Source: Eledone cirrhosa
Taxonomy: Eukaryota
Length of the DNA: 64,000 nt
NCBI GenBank assembly: GCA_964016885.1
Contig: OZ024740.1
Location: forward strand, 414,098,001-414,162,000
Direction: 5' to 3'
Of this stretch, positions 1 to 13,442 are shown piece by piece; position 1 is the first letter of the stretch, and each line of letters opens with the position of its first letter. The notes under the pieces were generated by a model. It ran no database searches, was not told the origin of the DNA, and saw nothing but the letters and a program-made list of their open reading frames with translations. The position numbers and the translations under genes were made by a program.

Positions 1-355
1 AACCTTATGTTCTATTCGTTCCGCCTGGCACTTTATTTCCATGTGCTCTCTCTTTTAACACACGTGTTATTTAGTCTTCTACCAAATATAGTAGTGGAGA
101 GAATATTGATGTGGGTAGCCACTGAGAAGCACCACCCTAATAATTCTCCTCACTGAATTTGGTGAAACAGTTCTCACCATAAACTGTCCGGGTACATGAT
201 AGTTATCATGGTAAGTTCATTTTTCTCAATTTATCCTTTTGATTGGGTTTTGTGAACCATACTATTTTAGTCAATATTTTCTTTACCCTGGCGCTCTCTG
301 TTCCTTGTTATTTGAAAATATATAACTATATATCTCCGTTCGTCTCTCCTTACAG

Positions 356-387
<32 letters not shown>

Positions 388-2309
388 CATTACATTACAT
401 ACATATATGTGTATGCCTGTGTATGTGTCTCTGTGTGTCAGTGGGTATATGTGTGTATCAAACCAAACACTTGATGGTGTCCATATTAATTATATGAAGG
501 CAAATTTGAAGGATAAGCGACAGAAGAAGAAAGAATGAGAGAAAGACTGAAATTAAGTTATAACAATCCAACATTGCTCCTCGGAACTTGGTAATTTCTC
601 TAACAACTAAAAGTGTGGTGTTGTATTTTGTTATGTTGTGTTTTGTGGTGGGGTTGTTGAATTTGGTCTTTTGTTTTATGCATTGTTAATGTTTTATGCA
701 TTGTTAATGTTTTATTTCGATCACTTAAGTCTGTTTATTTCTTTAAACTAATTAGACAAACAAAATCTGTCTATGAATCCTAAATCAATGGAAGGAAATA
801 TTTGTCTTTGTTCACAGCAGATCATTCGTATTTCTGGGAACATCGTTAATAAAATCTTTCTTTTATTCTTATATTCAATTTATCTCCACTAAATTACTAC
901 CCTAGTCGCTGATATTCACATTAAACTATTTCTTTCTATCTCTTTTTCTCTCTCTCTTCATTTGTTTCATCTAAGGTGTGATACTGCTGATGGTTGTTAT
1001 GATCATGATCATGTTGTGGTTGGCGAACAGCTTTATTTCAATATACTTCCAGACAAAAAGAATTTTGTTCTCCTTCATCTAAGTGTGTGTCCGTGTATCT
1101 ATTGCCTATACAACTTGGTGTCAGTCCGTGTATATCTTTGTTTTCAATCTGTTTCTATGCATTTGTGTCATTTTGCTTCTGTCTGTGTATGTATGTGTAT
1201 CAGTCAGAGTATTTCTATATGTTTATCTACTTTGGTAATTGCATTTATATATGTGTACGTAGAAGCATGTGGGTATATGTTTCTGTTTTTACCTGTGTCT
1301 GTACTTTTGTCTAAACCTGTGTGCGAGTGGGGTTTTTTTTAAGTTGTATGTGTTAAACAAATTATCCGTCCACTGAATAAATACACAGCTCGAATTAATA
1401 TCATATTAAGTACCTTCACACTATTCGGTTTATTTTTCTAATCTTACAATGAATATGCTTTTTACTATTTGTATTTTGTATGCTAAGACAAAAGGAAAGC
1501 ATAGAGAAATTAAAACACCACGATTTAAGTGAGTGGGTAAATGAATAAAAGAGATAATGGGTGGTCGACTGAGTTACACACACAGAGAGATGGTTAGAAA
1601 AGGTTGAAAATAGGAGTGCGTGTATGTGAGACAGACAAACAGATGGCTGTTGGACTTGATAAATGTTTTGTACGTCACGTACTTTACTGTACAAAAGACC
1701 TTTCAGCTTTAAACACTAATTTATTTAAATGCTAAAATGCAGCGAGCAAGAAATAAGCTTCCGGCAAGTCGTGGCAACAATGTGGTTTCCTTTCCACATT
1801 GAAAACCATTTCATTCACGACTCGAATGCCTTTGGCTGAGAGTTTTGCATGGTTGCCCCCTCACCCTTGCAATGTTTTCGTTGTTGATTTATTGTGTTTA
1901 ATTTTTATATGTATGTGAAGATGCGTGTATTCTAGCACTGAGGAAAGAAAGCTGTTTACCTCCAAATCCTCATTTCAGTTAATGCTTGCAGCTCTAGTGT
2001 TTCATGTTATGAGGTTGAAACTAATGATTTGTTACTCATAAATAGATGGCATAAACATTTGCCGGAAGTCACAATTTCCTATTGAATCACAAAGTATTTT
2101 AGTTAGTTTGGAATATTGAGTTGGTTGGTACCTTGCCCTAGTAATATTTATCATATAATATGGCATAAAAGTATGTTTAAGAAATTGTTACTCTACTCTA
2201 CAGGGCTCTATCTGAAGTTAGAGAAAAAAGACGAATTGACTGATGTAATTACCAGACACAAAGGCTCGAGCGTATTTAATACCTAATGCTTTCGATTGCG
2301 CGATGGTAA

Positions 2310-2490
2310 TAATTATTGACACAGGGCCAGCAATTACCCCAGTGCGTCACTGGTACTTTATTTTATCAACCCCTTAAGGATGAAAGGCAAAGTTAATCTC
2401 GGCAACATTTGAACTCAGAACGTAAAGGGCCATAAATCTAGGTCGCAAAGCATGGTGTCTGACGCTCTATCGATACTGCCAATCCGCTGC
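2310..2490 (-). mobile_element. tRNA-derived SINE, family B (Nin/Deu-like core)
   Basis: Matches the repeated unit ...ggtactttattttatc(g/a)acccc.taaggatgaaaggcaaagttaacctcggc...tttgaactcagaac seen more than ten times in the window. On the minus strand it has a tRNA-like B box (gagttcaaat) and a gcctttcatcct..ggggtcgataaa core. Confidence 0.8.
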
Positions 2491-3159
2491 ATTAGTGCGA
2501 TAGTACTAACAATAACACTAAATATCACCGGGAAAGCGATGAATATCCAATTATTCTTTTATTCTGAAATATAGGTCTTTTGTGGTTAGCCAAGCCAGAA
2601 AAGAAAATAATTTGATTGCAATATGTCGATAAACAAACCAGACTTTAATTGCTGCAAATATTTTTTAATCGATGATTAGTTAATCTGATCAGAGTCATAA
2701 GACAAATATTTACTATAAAGAGGAATATTTTTTTCGATTATGGCTATTTAGTCTTTGTCTGTATTATTAACATTTCTATATTGATTTCAGAATGGAAGAA
2801 CATTAGAATGACAAAAACTGTAAAGCACAAAGCTAAACAATCTGTTGAAATTCCGCTTAGATCCTATATAACTGCCATCACTTCGTTGTTTGTGATATAC
2901 ATAGCAAAGCTCGATCCTTTCTCAACTAATACGCAGCCTGTGCAAATATATGAAATACTTATTTCCTTGAAATGTTTCGGGGGAAAAGACGCAGAAGTAA
3001 CGAGTACTGTATTAAATTCTCTGCTGTATTTGATTATATATGTTTACATATGGAGTTCCAATGATGTTAGAGATATTTTCGCCCCCACTCTCTACTGTTC
3101 TGATAATGAAATCACCAATAATATAGTTAGGTATATTCAGTCGATTATTTCCCTTTTCT

Positions 3160-3330
3160 AATAATTGTTTCTAATTTTAGCACAAGGCCAGCAATTACCC
3201 AGTGCATTACTGGTACTTTATTTTATCGACCCCGTAAGGATGAAAGGCAACGTTAACCTCGGCGGGATTTGAACTCAGAATGGAAAGGGCCGTAACTCTA
3301 TGCGTCAAAGCATGGCGTCCGACCCTCATG
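3160..3330 (-). mobile_element. SINE family B copy
   Basis: Near-identical to the copies at 46246 and 53044. Confidence 0.8.
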
Positions 3331-3672
3331 GCGTCCCTTTTCTAATAATAAGTCCTTATACCAGGGTGAAAAATTAATAGCTAACAAGTAAACTTATATA
3401 CCGGCTATTAAGAAAGCAACGAAATGTCTCTTAAATGTCACACAACTGCCTTGAAAAGGAGAAACGATAGTACATTAGGTATGTATTCCTAGATGGATAC
3501 ACTAATCCTGAAAAGGTGGGATAGTCAGTGATGGAATTATTTTGATGATTGGTATCGTCAAAGATTGATCTGCTGTTTAACAGCAACAGAAATGCATCGT
3601 AGCTAAAGAGCCAATACCATATATATCTTTATCTTCACTCTGAAACGGAGGATAAGATTCCGAAAGAGATAA

Positions 3673-4591
3673 TCTATATATATAAAACTGAGGTTGTCTG
3701 TCTGTCTATCGATTTTTGGCACACATCTCCTCTTAGAATCTCTCACGGAATTGCACCGAAATTGCTATACTTGTACATTGAGCCCTAGCGAAGACATCGG
3801 AAAAAACATATTTCAAATTGACCCGCCCTATCTGACGAAATCGAATATAATGTATCGATTTTTGAGCGTAAGTGATCAGTTATTTCCCTTTGTTCTGTTT
3901 ACATTGAGCGTCTTATGTAAAAATTAAAAAAAAACGCTGGCTTTCTCAGCGTTTAAAATGACATTAATACAATACGCGAACAGTTGTCGAGCCAGCAAAA
4001 TTTTGACCTGCAAAATTCATCAGTTCGAACACTAAGCTTCCGTTTTGCTTCATTTCCATTTAAAAGCCTTTTAAAACAATATTTTTACTTGAAAACAAGT
4101 CTATTTAAAGACTACGTAAAACAAGCAAATATTTCGTAAAAAAAAGCAAAAATTATATAAGTTTATTTAAAATATATGTATCTGTAAATTTCGTTAGGCG
4201 TGCAGACAGACAGTCGTGCAGAGAGGTGATATACGCGTGCAGACAGATAGTCGTGCAGAGAGGTGATATAGGCGTGCAGACAGACATAACTGATAATTTG
4301 GTTACGCTAATGTTTTTCTCTGCGTTGCAGTGTTTACATTTTCGATCTTTGTTAATAAATAACCAGTGCAGTTTTTATCCCCAGCATCCTCTTTTGTTAT
4401 AACATTCGGGTTATCGTTATGTTTTCTTAACTTCATAAGCCATATTGTTGGTTGAGGGAATATTAATCAAAAACACCACATGCAAGTCTGCACAGTAGAC
4501 ACTACAGTTTTTAAGCCAAAAAAGAAACTTAACATTGTAACTTTAACACAGCTACTGAGCGACCCCGAGCAACGCCGGGCTTTACTGCTAG
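3673..4591 (+). mobile_element. Non-autonomous Helitron
   Basis: Starts a|TCtatatatataaaa, ends with a GC-rich subterminal hairpin cccgagcaacgccggg followed by CTAG|t (A/T insertion site). Carries an internal 37-bp tandem repeat at about 4197-4285. Termini shared with the copy at 50433-51564. Confidence 0.8.
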
Positions 4592-6394
4592 TACCCTATA
4601 TATCTTTATCTTCACTCTCGAACGAAGGATAAGATTCTGAATATTTAGAGTTTTCATTCCTCACAGCAATCGTAATTATCTAACTTTTCCTTAAACTACA
4701 ACTTGGACTAATTGTTGTCTACGCAAATCATCACCAAATTCCTCGGATACCAGATTTTACCTAGCGACATCAATATTCTTTAGTAATGTTTGTCACGGAG
4801 ATACCGATATCGCTGGTCTGGCCACCGTCACGGACGTGAAATCTCTCTGTCCTTGGCAAAAAATATATTTCCCAGCCGTTCAGTCCATTAGGAAATACAC
4901 AATTAGCACAGGTTGGTGTTGTTCAAAACTGCAAGCAGAAGCAAGGCCGGAAGAATTAAAGGCAAAATTGATTGGGGCAACATTTGAAATCAGAATATCA
5001 TATTAAAAGTGTGATATACAACGAAAATGATTTTTAAATTAAAATGTATATTTATATTTTTATTTGTTCTCAATTTTTCATACAACTTTAATTATGGGTA
5101 AGGCAAGTAAGGTGTGGTGGAGTGGAGAAAACATTTGGCCAGAAAAATTGGGACAAATGTAGGATAGAAAGAAACTGATTGATTGATACTGGATACAATC
5201 CAGTTTATATTGTATATACTTTCCTTCAAATAAATGAACGGGGAACTGACAGGTAACGATATGAGGTTGCCACTTAACAACTATGACATACCTATTACCA
5301 TATATATTTATCATCTCTCTCTCTCACACACACACACACAGACACACACACATATATATATATATACACTCAAACACACAGAGAAGCATTCACAAACACT
5401 CAAACACACGGAGAAGCATTCACCAACACTCAAACACACAGAAACATTCACAAACATTCACATGCACTCACGCAGACCTTTACGCACCAAAGAGCTTTCT
5501 TTTATTCTATATATTCACATTTTCAAGACAGTATTAATATGTGATTTGAGAGAGATTCAGCTGCTAGTTTTCGCAAGTCATGCAACCCCGTAGATGCGTA
5601 TACATTGGTCCATGAAATTTCGTGAACCTTTCAGTGGTATTAGTGAAGAAATTTATTTCAGTAGCACTGTGGTTGGAGCAAACTTTAGTTGCCATTTTTA
5701 AAAGGATGAGTGGACAGGGGGTAACTTCCACTATGACTCGTGTGGTGCAAGTGAAGTGGAACGATGCCAATCAAGTATTTGAATGGCTTAGCTCTCTTCG
5801 TTTATCATGCCGTAGCTTCTTTCTCATTTTAATTAGCACATGTTAAGATTAAATATTGACTATGAAAAGAATAATATTCCAACACCTAAGAAAAAATATA
5901 TTTGAACAGAATGTTTTAGACAACTGCAGACTTAAATGTACGAAACTCCGTCTCTGAATATTTACATTGGAGTATATTAGTAACACATGCCAAACAAAAC
6001 AAAAAAAAATAAACTAAACGTATGATAAAATCAAATCAACCGTACCTATCGGATTACATTCACACATATACACAATATTAAAAAAATAAGTTTGATCTAA
6101 AGTACTTCTGAGGCTAGTGTGTAAATTGCAGTAAAGTTGCCAAAATTATGCCTTGTTTTGAGCATAAATCAGTAACGGAGGTTTTCAAGTGTCGAATGGT
6201 TTGCTGGACCGCAAATATTTATGATTTATCAAATGATGTTTGCAGATAGACAGACCAAATGACTGTGGGCTTTTTCTTTTTTTTTCAAATATGATTAAAT
6301 CCATTGATTATTAAATACCTCTTAAATCACATATGACCCACCACCTCACTCTCATTCGTACACATAGACAGTTGTATACATACATACATGCTTC

Positions 6395-6436
<42 letters not shown>

Positions 6437-7758
6437 AGTGTGTGTGTGTGTGTGTGTATATATATGTGTACATATATATCTATATATATACACTCACACA
6501 CATATATGCCTGTAATGTACATATATATATATATATATGGGGGGGGGGGGTGCATACACATATTTTGCAAACCATACAACATTTCAATTGTTTCCAGATG
6601 CCAGTAAATATCTAAAAGTATATATGCAGACAAAGATATTCTGGATATTCTGATAGTTTATCCGTCTATTCTCTAACACAGAACTGATGTCTAATAATTT
6701 ATATTTGAATGAATGAAATATCTCACATATTCACCAATAAAACAGCTTAGTGTCAGTTTATAGTTTTTTTTCATTTTTGTTTTAATTTTACTTTCCTATT
6801 TTTTTCATTTCTTAATTTTCTATAAATGTACATTTTTATATGGTATCAGATAAAGTTATTCAACATATTGCTGTGAGATATCAAATAGACATAAATATAT
6901 TTCTCTGCGTGATATCAAACAAGAATAGATATATTTCCTAGATAATTCAATTACACAGCTTTTAAAATCGAAACTCAAGAACAGCAAACCATTAACAATA
7001 AAGCTAAGACAATAGATGTAGCATATTGCCTGAATAATAGAGAAATCATTGTTGATCTCTGAGCCAAGAACATGTACTCAGATTTATAGAGAACGGCAAT
7101 GTGATATTCTCTATCCTTTACCTTTTCTCAAGGATATTAGATAGGAAATAAAATTGCCTGAAGTAGAAAACGAATCTACATTGAAAGTAAAACAAGGGAC
7201 AGTGCAACATCGTGCAATGGTCTACGTCGGTAAAGTGTAAATACATGTTCGTAAATAGAATAAATAGTTTTGCCAGGAGGAATTCTCTTTGCCAAAGCTA
7301 AATAATGTAATCCATTAGCGAACTTTTTGTTTTTTTTATTAAGACCACGTTAGCACATTCTGAATTCTAAGGATATAGCGATACTTGAAAATTCGTTATT
7401 CACTACAGTTACTATATATTTAAAACATATTTAATAAACATTCAATGGTTTCTATAAGAGTGAGCATAACTTATGGTTTCCAGGATTTTAAACCACTTGG
7501 GTATCTTTTCACAGAACCAATAAGCGAACGAATGCATTAGTTCAATCTACTGAAAAAAAAACAACAATCAATTGCCATGACTTTCTAACCAGGTCCTGTG
7601 AGTTGGTGCATCACTATAATTCTTTTCTATATGGCCATTCTCTTTATTCTTTTTATTTTTCCAGTTCGCACTAAATAACGGTAAAGAATTATTCAATTTG
7701 TTGTTTAGTATGATATTGAATACTTACTTAATAAAGATTGCAAAGTTTTGTTCTTATA

Positions 7759-7809
<51 letters not shown>

Positions 7810-7887
7810 TATATAGTAATAATAATAAATTTGAAGACTAAAATCCAAAGAGGGCTCGATAAGGATAAATATATATCAAATATATAT

Positions 7888-9476
7888 GAACCGTTTACCC
7901 TGAAGGATCATAAATCCAATTTTCCGAACAACCCTTCTATTCGGCTTATTAACCCTACGAAGTCCGATTTAGGTAGACTTAGTAATTCTTGATAGAATTA
8001 TACCTGAAATTAGAAGTGTGGCCCCTCTTGCACTGTGGAACAATTCTTTCGCGGTGATTGATTGGTTCAACGGCATATGTAACAAGGAACATTGCCGTTT
8101 TACCCAATTCGACATCAATAATTACTACTCCTCCATCACTTTACCACTTCTCCTTATAGCTATTAATTTCGCTAAAACACTCACAGTGGTTAAGGATTTC
8201 GAAGATGATGTCATCCTCAATGCCCGAAAGTCGGTGATTAATTTCGACGACTCTATTTGGATAAAAAATCCAATAGTACCCAATTCGACGTGAGTATGGG
8301 CGCTAACGATTCTGCGGAGGTTACTGCTCTTATCGGCCTTTTCCTTCTTTTCTCTATCAAGGAAGAATTCCCCAACGTGGGCGGTGGTTTGTACCGTGAT
8401 GATGGTCTTTTGACCATGTCTAAGTGCGGCCCACGTGCTTGCGACTGGTTCAGAAAAGAACTCCCACCCTTCTTTAAAGGCTTCAATCTCTCCATACAGG
8501 TTGAGGCCAACCTCTCTGTCGTTAATTACTTCGACGTTACCCTCAAATTATCGAATGGCTTTCATTACCCGTATAGAAAGCCGAATGATACGCTTAATTA
8601 TATAAGTAAGCTTTCTAACCATCCTGCCAACATAACCAAGAACCTGGTAAGAAACGTTTCTTTTAGGCTTTCCCGTCTATCTACTATCATATTTTCAACG
8701 ACCATTCCACATATTACAATGAAGCTCTTGCTCGGAGTGGATTTGTCGATAAAGAGACAGAGTACGAGAATAGACCTAGAATAAATAGATCCCGACGCAT
8801 TACATGGTATAACCCACCATATAATATAGAGGTGGCCACACCATTAGCTAAGATCTTTCTTTCCGTTATTATGGTGCATTTTCCCCCTACACATAAATAT
8901 AGTAACATTTTTAATAGAAATACTATTAAAATGTCTTACTCTACGACTCCTAACCTTGCACATAACATCACAGCTTCAAATTTAGCTAAGCTACCTAGCC
9001 GTAGGAACACGTGCAACCCTGTTGTTAGTACTAACTGTAATTGTAGGAATCTGGTCGACTTACCCCTATCCGGGAAATGCCTCTCTAGTAACATTGTCTA
9101 CAAATGTAATGCTGAAACACCCACGCCCCGTAGGGCCTACATAGGGTTAACCGCCAACAGATTCTAGCAGTGTCTTTACATGCATACCCATTCTTTTCGT
9201 TACCCTTTAAGAAGGAATATGACGTCACTTTCAGCTTATATCTGGAGTCTAAAAGACAACCACACCCAATATAAGTTACACTGGGAGATCCTAGCTAGGG
9301 CTAGATCGTATAACGGAAATAAAAGACCATGTGACCTCTGCGCCGCTGAGGCTCTGGAAAAACTCTACGCCAAAGACCACATCTTAAACAAAAAATCTGA
9401 GGCAATTTCAGCTTGTAAACATAAATTGCACAAAACTTTCCTGTATTACAGCCCCACATTATACCCTAACGGATAG
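7888..9476 (+). pseudogene. Penelope-like reverse transcriptase and GIY-YIG endonuclease (broken ORF)
   Basis: TLKDHK..F......RLINP, FDINNYYSSI, MGANDSAEV, GLYRDDGL, YRKPN...YI...SNHP, WYNPPY, CNC...PL.GKC, NIVYKC..YIGLT, CDLC..E across ORFs 8018-8293, 8257-8784, 8832-9167 and 9180-9476. Confidence 0.9.
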
Positions 9477-10332
9477 TACGAACTATACGTGAGTTTTGCG
9501 TCTGTGTGAGTATACGGGTTCGTACGTATGTAGGGTGTGTGTATATGTGTACTACGTGTTTTGGTTGATGTTTGCCTCCGAACATACGTGTATTTACATG
9601 TAGGTATGTGTGTGCACTTGTTATATACGTATTTATTTATTTATATACGTTTATTTAAGTATATGTATACACGCACACACACACACATATATATATATTA
9701 ATATATATATTTTTATATATATTTTTGCGTGTATTTGGTGTATACATTCGTATGTGTTGAGTGGGTTCTGTATGTGCGTGTTGGTTTTTTTGTTTTGGTT
9801 TTTGGGGTGTTTTTTGTGTGTGTACGTGCGTGTATTTGTATACCTATGGCGAGTGTTTTCGCGTATGCTTGTGTATGTACGTATATGGATGCGTGTATGT
9901 ATTTATTTCAATTACCTCTGTATGTTATTTACTTTATTCTTAACTCTGAAGCCGAGAATCATTCGGTTTCCTAGTTAGAATTTTAGTCTACAACTTCAGT
10001 TATACCATTTACGTGGTTTTGTCTTTGCGTGTAATTGTTCTCCCCGCTCCACATATGACGTGTAATCTTCGTTTTTTCCGTTCATTGCCTGAGAACGTCT
10101 CTATGAACCACCTAATAGAATATTTGTCTACGACTTCTTTTATACCATAAACGTGGTTTTGTCTTTGCGTGTAATTGTTTTTCACCGCTCCAAATAATGA
10201 GGTATTATATTCGTTTTTTTCCCGTTCTTTGCCAGGGAACGTTTCCACGAACCAAAGTATCTTCTTCCTGTCTTCCTCCGGTTGCAACGTTTTTTTAAAT
10301 ATTCACTTCTGCATTCACAGATTGACTTTGTT

Positions 10333-10383
10333 AGTTTCAGAAGATCCCGTTAAGGGTGAAAACAGCGATTCTTTGCTTAAACT
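10333..10383 (+). ncRNA. Type I hammerhead-like motif (core variant CAGAAGA) at PLE 3' end
   Basis: agttt-CAGAAGA-t ccc gttaa ggg t-GAAA-aca..tgc-UU-aaact. The homologous copy at about 14660-14706 (-) has gca/tgc pairing in stem III. Confidence 0.55.
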
Positions 10384-10422
10384 TTAATCTGTTATTTTAA
10401 GAAATATATAAATATATATATA

Positions 10423-11132
10423 TAAGACTTAAAATAAGAAAATTTCTTTAAAAAAATTTTTTTAGAAAAATTAACTTACTTACTTAAATTTTCACTCCAA
10501 CTAATTAGTTTCTGCAATGGGATAAAGACAGTTACGTAATGAACTGTTGAGAATTTCATTGCGTCATCAGGGAGGTCATTCTCAGCCGAGTCTCCAGGCG
10601 ATGCGCGGACACTGGGGACTCATATAAAAATAATAATAATTCGGCAACTGGAACAGCTATCGAGGACTGGATTCCAGCCACTGAAAATTCTCACTGCCAC
10701 TGATCATATGGCCGATTCTAAAGAATCAATCACGTGACACAGAGGCTAGTCAGTAGGAATGGGATGGTAAGATGACAGACGCCTACTAACACCCCCCAAA
10801 AAAATTTTTAGAAGTGGTTTTGGCCGGTTTGCTCGACAAATCAGTGATTTGGAGATAAATATAGATAATTTAATATATCTACTAACATAAGCGCACAGAT
10901 GTACGCTAATGCCAGCAAATACACAGGTTATGTCATAGTACCTAGGTGGTTCAATGCAGGAGGATGCAGAACAATAATATATAAGACGTAAAATAAGAAA
11001 ATTACTTTAAAAAATTTTTTTTAGAAAAATTAACTTACTTACTTAAATTTTCACTCCAACTAATTAGTTTCTGCAATGGGATAAAGACAGTTACGTAATG
11101 AACTGTTGAGAATTTCATTGCGTCATCAGGGA
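10423..11132 (-). mobile_element. Non-coding element with ~150-bp direct terminal repeats, each containing a hammerhead (retrozyme-like), in (TA)n
   Basis: 10423-10573 is repeated at 10982-11132 (period 559 nt). No meaningful ORF. Confidence 0.75.
10495..10574 (-). ncRNA. Type I hammerhead ribozyme motif
   Basis: Minus strand: ctcc-CUGAUGA-c gcaatg...cattgc a-GAAA-ctaattag (palindrome)-UU-ggag. Confidence 0.75.
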
Positions 11133-11133
11133 A
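11054..11133 (-). ncRNA. Type I hammerhead ribozyme motif (second direct repeat)
   Basis: Same core as 10495-10574; stem I is ttcc/ggag. Confidence 0.7.
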
Positions 11134-11144
11134 TATATATATGA

Positions 11145-11362
11145 CAGTCGATTGACTTTCGTCAAATCGGACCGAGGAAACAATGTTTCAATCGGTCTTT
11201 CCAATTGCTAATACTATATATCGGTCGCAACTACAGGTAGAAGGAACAACGTGAAATAAAGTGTCTTGCCCAAGGACATAACGCATCACCTGGTCCAGGA
11301 ATCGAACTCACAACCTCATGATTGAGAGTTCAATTCTCTTACTACTCAGCCACGCGCCTTCA
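11145..11362 (-). mobile_element. tRNA-derived SINE, family A
   Basis: Minus strand reads gaaggcgcgtggctgagtag...gagttcgattcc (A/B boxes) then tgtccttgggcaagacactttatttcac. Homologous to the copies at 16376, 49028, 52364 and 55109. Confidence 0.8.
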
Positions 11363-11384
11363 TATATATATATATATATATATA

Positions 11385-12054
11385 CGATATTAAACAAATG
11401 GAAACTATATTTATAAAACCATATTTATTTCGTTATATATATTTCTGGGATATCATATTAAAAATATGTTATGCCTTCCTCAGACAAAATACAATACATA
11501 AGCTGTTTTATAAATAATTAGTGACATACCTTTTGAGAATGCAACTTCCTTTTAAAAAAGTTGATTTGATAGTGAAACTGTTATGATAGTTATATAGAAA
11601 GAAAACGAAGATGAGAAGAAGAAGGTGAAGAGATGTATGTAAATAAAAAAGAAGAAGATGAAGAGATGTATGCAAAGAGAAAAGAGATGTATGTAAAGAA
11701 AAACAACGGAGCGAGATAGAGAGACAAGGATAGAGAGAAATACATTGATGGTGAAAAAAAAACATAGTAGGCTGCATTTTGACAGATGATCATCGTATAT
11801 GTGAGAGGATAAGGGAAGGGATACAGTTAGATTAGTGTATTGTATTAGTGTATTGTATTGTATTTTGTCTGAGGAAGGCATAACATATTTTTAATATGAT
11901 ATCCCAGAAATATATTTAACGAAATAAATATGGTTTTATAAATATAGTTTCCATTTGTTTAATATCGTAAGCCTACTCCAGAAACTGTCGAGTGCTTTTA
12001 TATCAGTTATAAAATATTTACTCGTTGTAACCCAACAATCTTAAATAAAACTTT

Positions 12055-12058
<4 letters not shown>
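11385..12058 (+). mobile_element. Fold-back non-autonomous Penelope-like element with a hammerhead in each arm
   Basis: 11385-11498 is the reverse complement of about 11854-11968, followed by a unique ~90-bp tail, all between (TA)n tracts. Homologous to 42691-43261. Hammerheads at 11426-11491 (-) and 11861-11926 (+). Confidence 0.75.
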
Positions 12059-12149
<91 letters not shown>

Positions 12150-12271
12150 GTATGTATAGTAGATTTGGCAATATACCGTATATTTAATTAAAAACATTTA
12201 GAAGACCATAACTATCGGTTTTAAAGTAGTGACTATGTCACTTACTTCTTTTCGGTGAAAGAAGGGAGAGA

Positions 12272-12313
12272 AGCTAACAGTCTGTTTCCCGCTGGTTGGC
12301 GATCATCAGGGCC
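12272..12313 (-). ncRNA. Degenerate hammerhead motif
   Basis: ggcc-CUGAUGA-tcgc caacca gcgg-GAAA-ca gac tg-UU-agct; the first stem I pair is mismatched. Confidence 0.5.
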
Positions 12314-12378
12314 ACGCGGAAACATAAATAACAACAACAAGGAGTACAGTTACGAAAGGTGTTAGGCATTAGGTTATA

Positions 12379-12450
<72 letters not shown>

Positions 12451-12453
<3 letters not shown>

Positions 12454-12942
12454 TATGTACACGTACATACATATATGTATACCGACGTACAGTAGTATGT
12501 ATATATATATATATACATACATGCACACATATATATATGCACGTATGGATTCACCGAACATTTATTATAATGCTCGGTGTGTTTGTAAACAAACATCCCG
12601 TATTAAGCCGTAGTGTCCAGCAACCACCGTTGCTCGTTTGTTCAACACTGACAAAGGAACGCTGTACTAGTTTCAAGCTTGTTAGCTATCGTCAGCAACG
12701 TATACCTTCCTGCCAGATTGTTGAACGTATATACTTACCTTATGCATATTAACGGCTGAGTAGCCCAATTTGCATATCGAGTGGGTTAATCGGCCGGGTG
12801 CACCGAAAACGATAAACGGAAAAAATGAAACGATATTTCATTTCCCACTCTTAGTACGGCTGTTACTTAAATATAAGTATGTACACGTACATACATATAT
12901 GTATACCGACGTACAGTAGTATGTATATATATATATACATAC
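12451..12942 (-). mobile_element. Terminally redundant 424-nt non-coding unit with one hammerhead (12659-12701)
   Basis: 12451-12520 recurs at 12875-12942. Same family as 39828-40633. Hammerhead: acgttg-CUGACGA-t agct aaca agct t-GAAA-ctag-UA-cagcgt. Confidence 0.75.
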
Positions 12943-12966
12943 GAGTTTTCAAGGAAAGATGGGTAT

Positions 12967-13009
12967 ATATTGCTGGTGAGATGTAATAACATCGAAACTA
13001 GTCCAATAT
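12967..13009 (+). ncRNA. Minimal hammerhead motif (core CUGGUGA, probably inactivated)
   Basis: atattg-CUGGUGA-gatg taataa catc-GAAA-ctag-UC-caatat; stems I and II are perfect and A6 is changed to G. Confidence 0.65.
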
Positions 13010-13442
13010 TCCTGCCTGGCTCTCTGGAGAATAGAGGAAATGTGTTTCCTTGAAAACTCGTATGACTCTAAAACCCGGTCCGTCTGTGTGGTTACATACA
13101 GACTAGCTGGACACTCACTGTAAAGTGTCTAGTGAAAAACTCAGTACATGTACATATGTATACATGTGTGTATTTATATGCATACTAGTACTTCCGTATA
13201 CATATGTAGATGTACACTTTAACTTAATTGTTTAAGCGTCAGTCATACAAAAGTGAGTTAGAAGCGAAACGAAATTTAATTTCGTTTCGTTATTTGTTTT
13301 TATATATATATATATAAATATATATATATATCCCCACCACCCCCACTAATAATAACATTTGTACTGCCTCTTCGCTTCCACGTTTTTTTTTGTTTTCTGT
13401 TTACTATCTCAACTTTAAAATATATATACCGATATATATATA

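Larger units (their letters stand above)
7815..10405 (+). mobile_element. Degenerate Penelope-like element (Naiad-type), RT + GIY-YIG, with 3' non-coding region containing a hammerhead motif
   Basis: Frameshifted ORF pieces flanked by (TA)n. Terminal sequences are shared with the fragments at 14549-14757 and 44728-44790. Confidence 0.85.

Noticed and set aside
8832-9476. Selenocysteine (UGA) recoding, as known for some Naiad elements
   Set aside because: The break at 9165 is TAG and the others are frameshifts. The conserved Cys positions in the GIY-YIG remnants here are not TGA codons.
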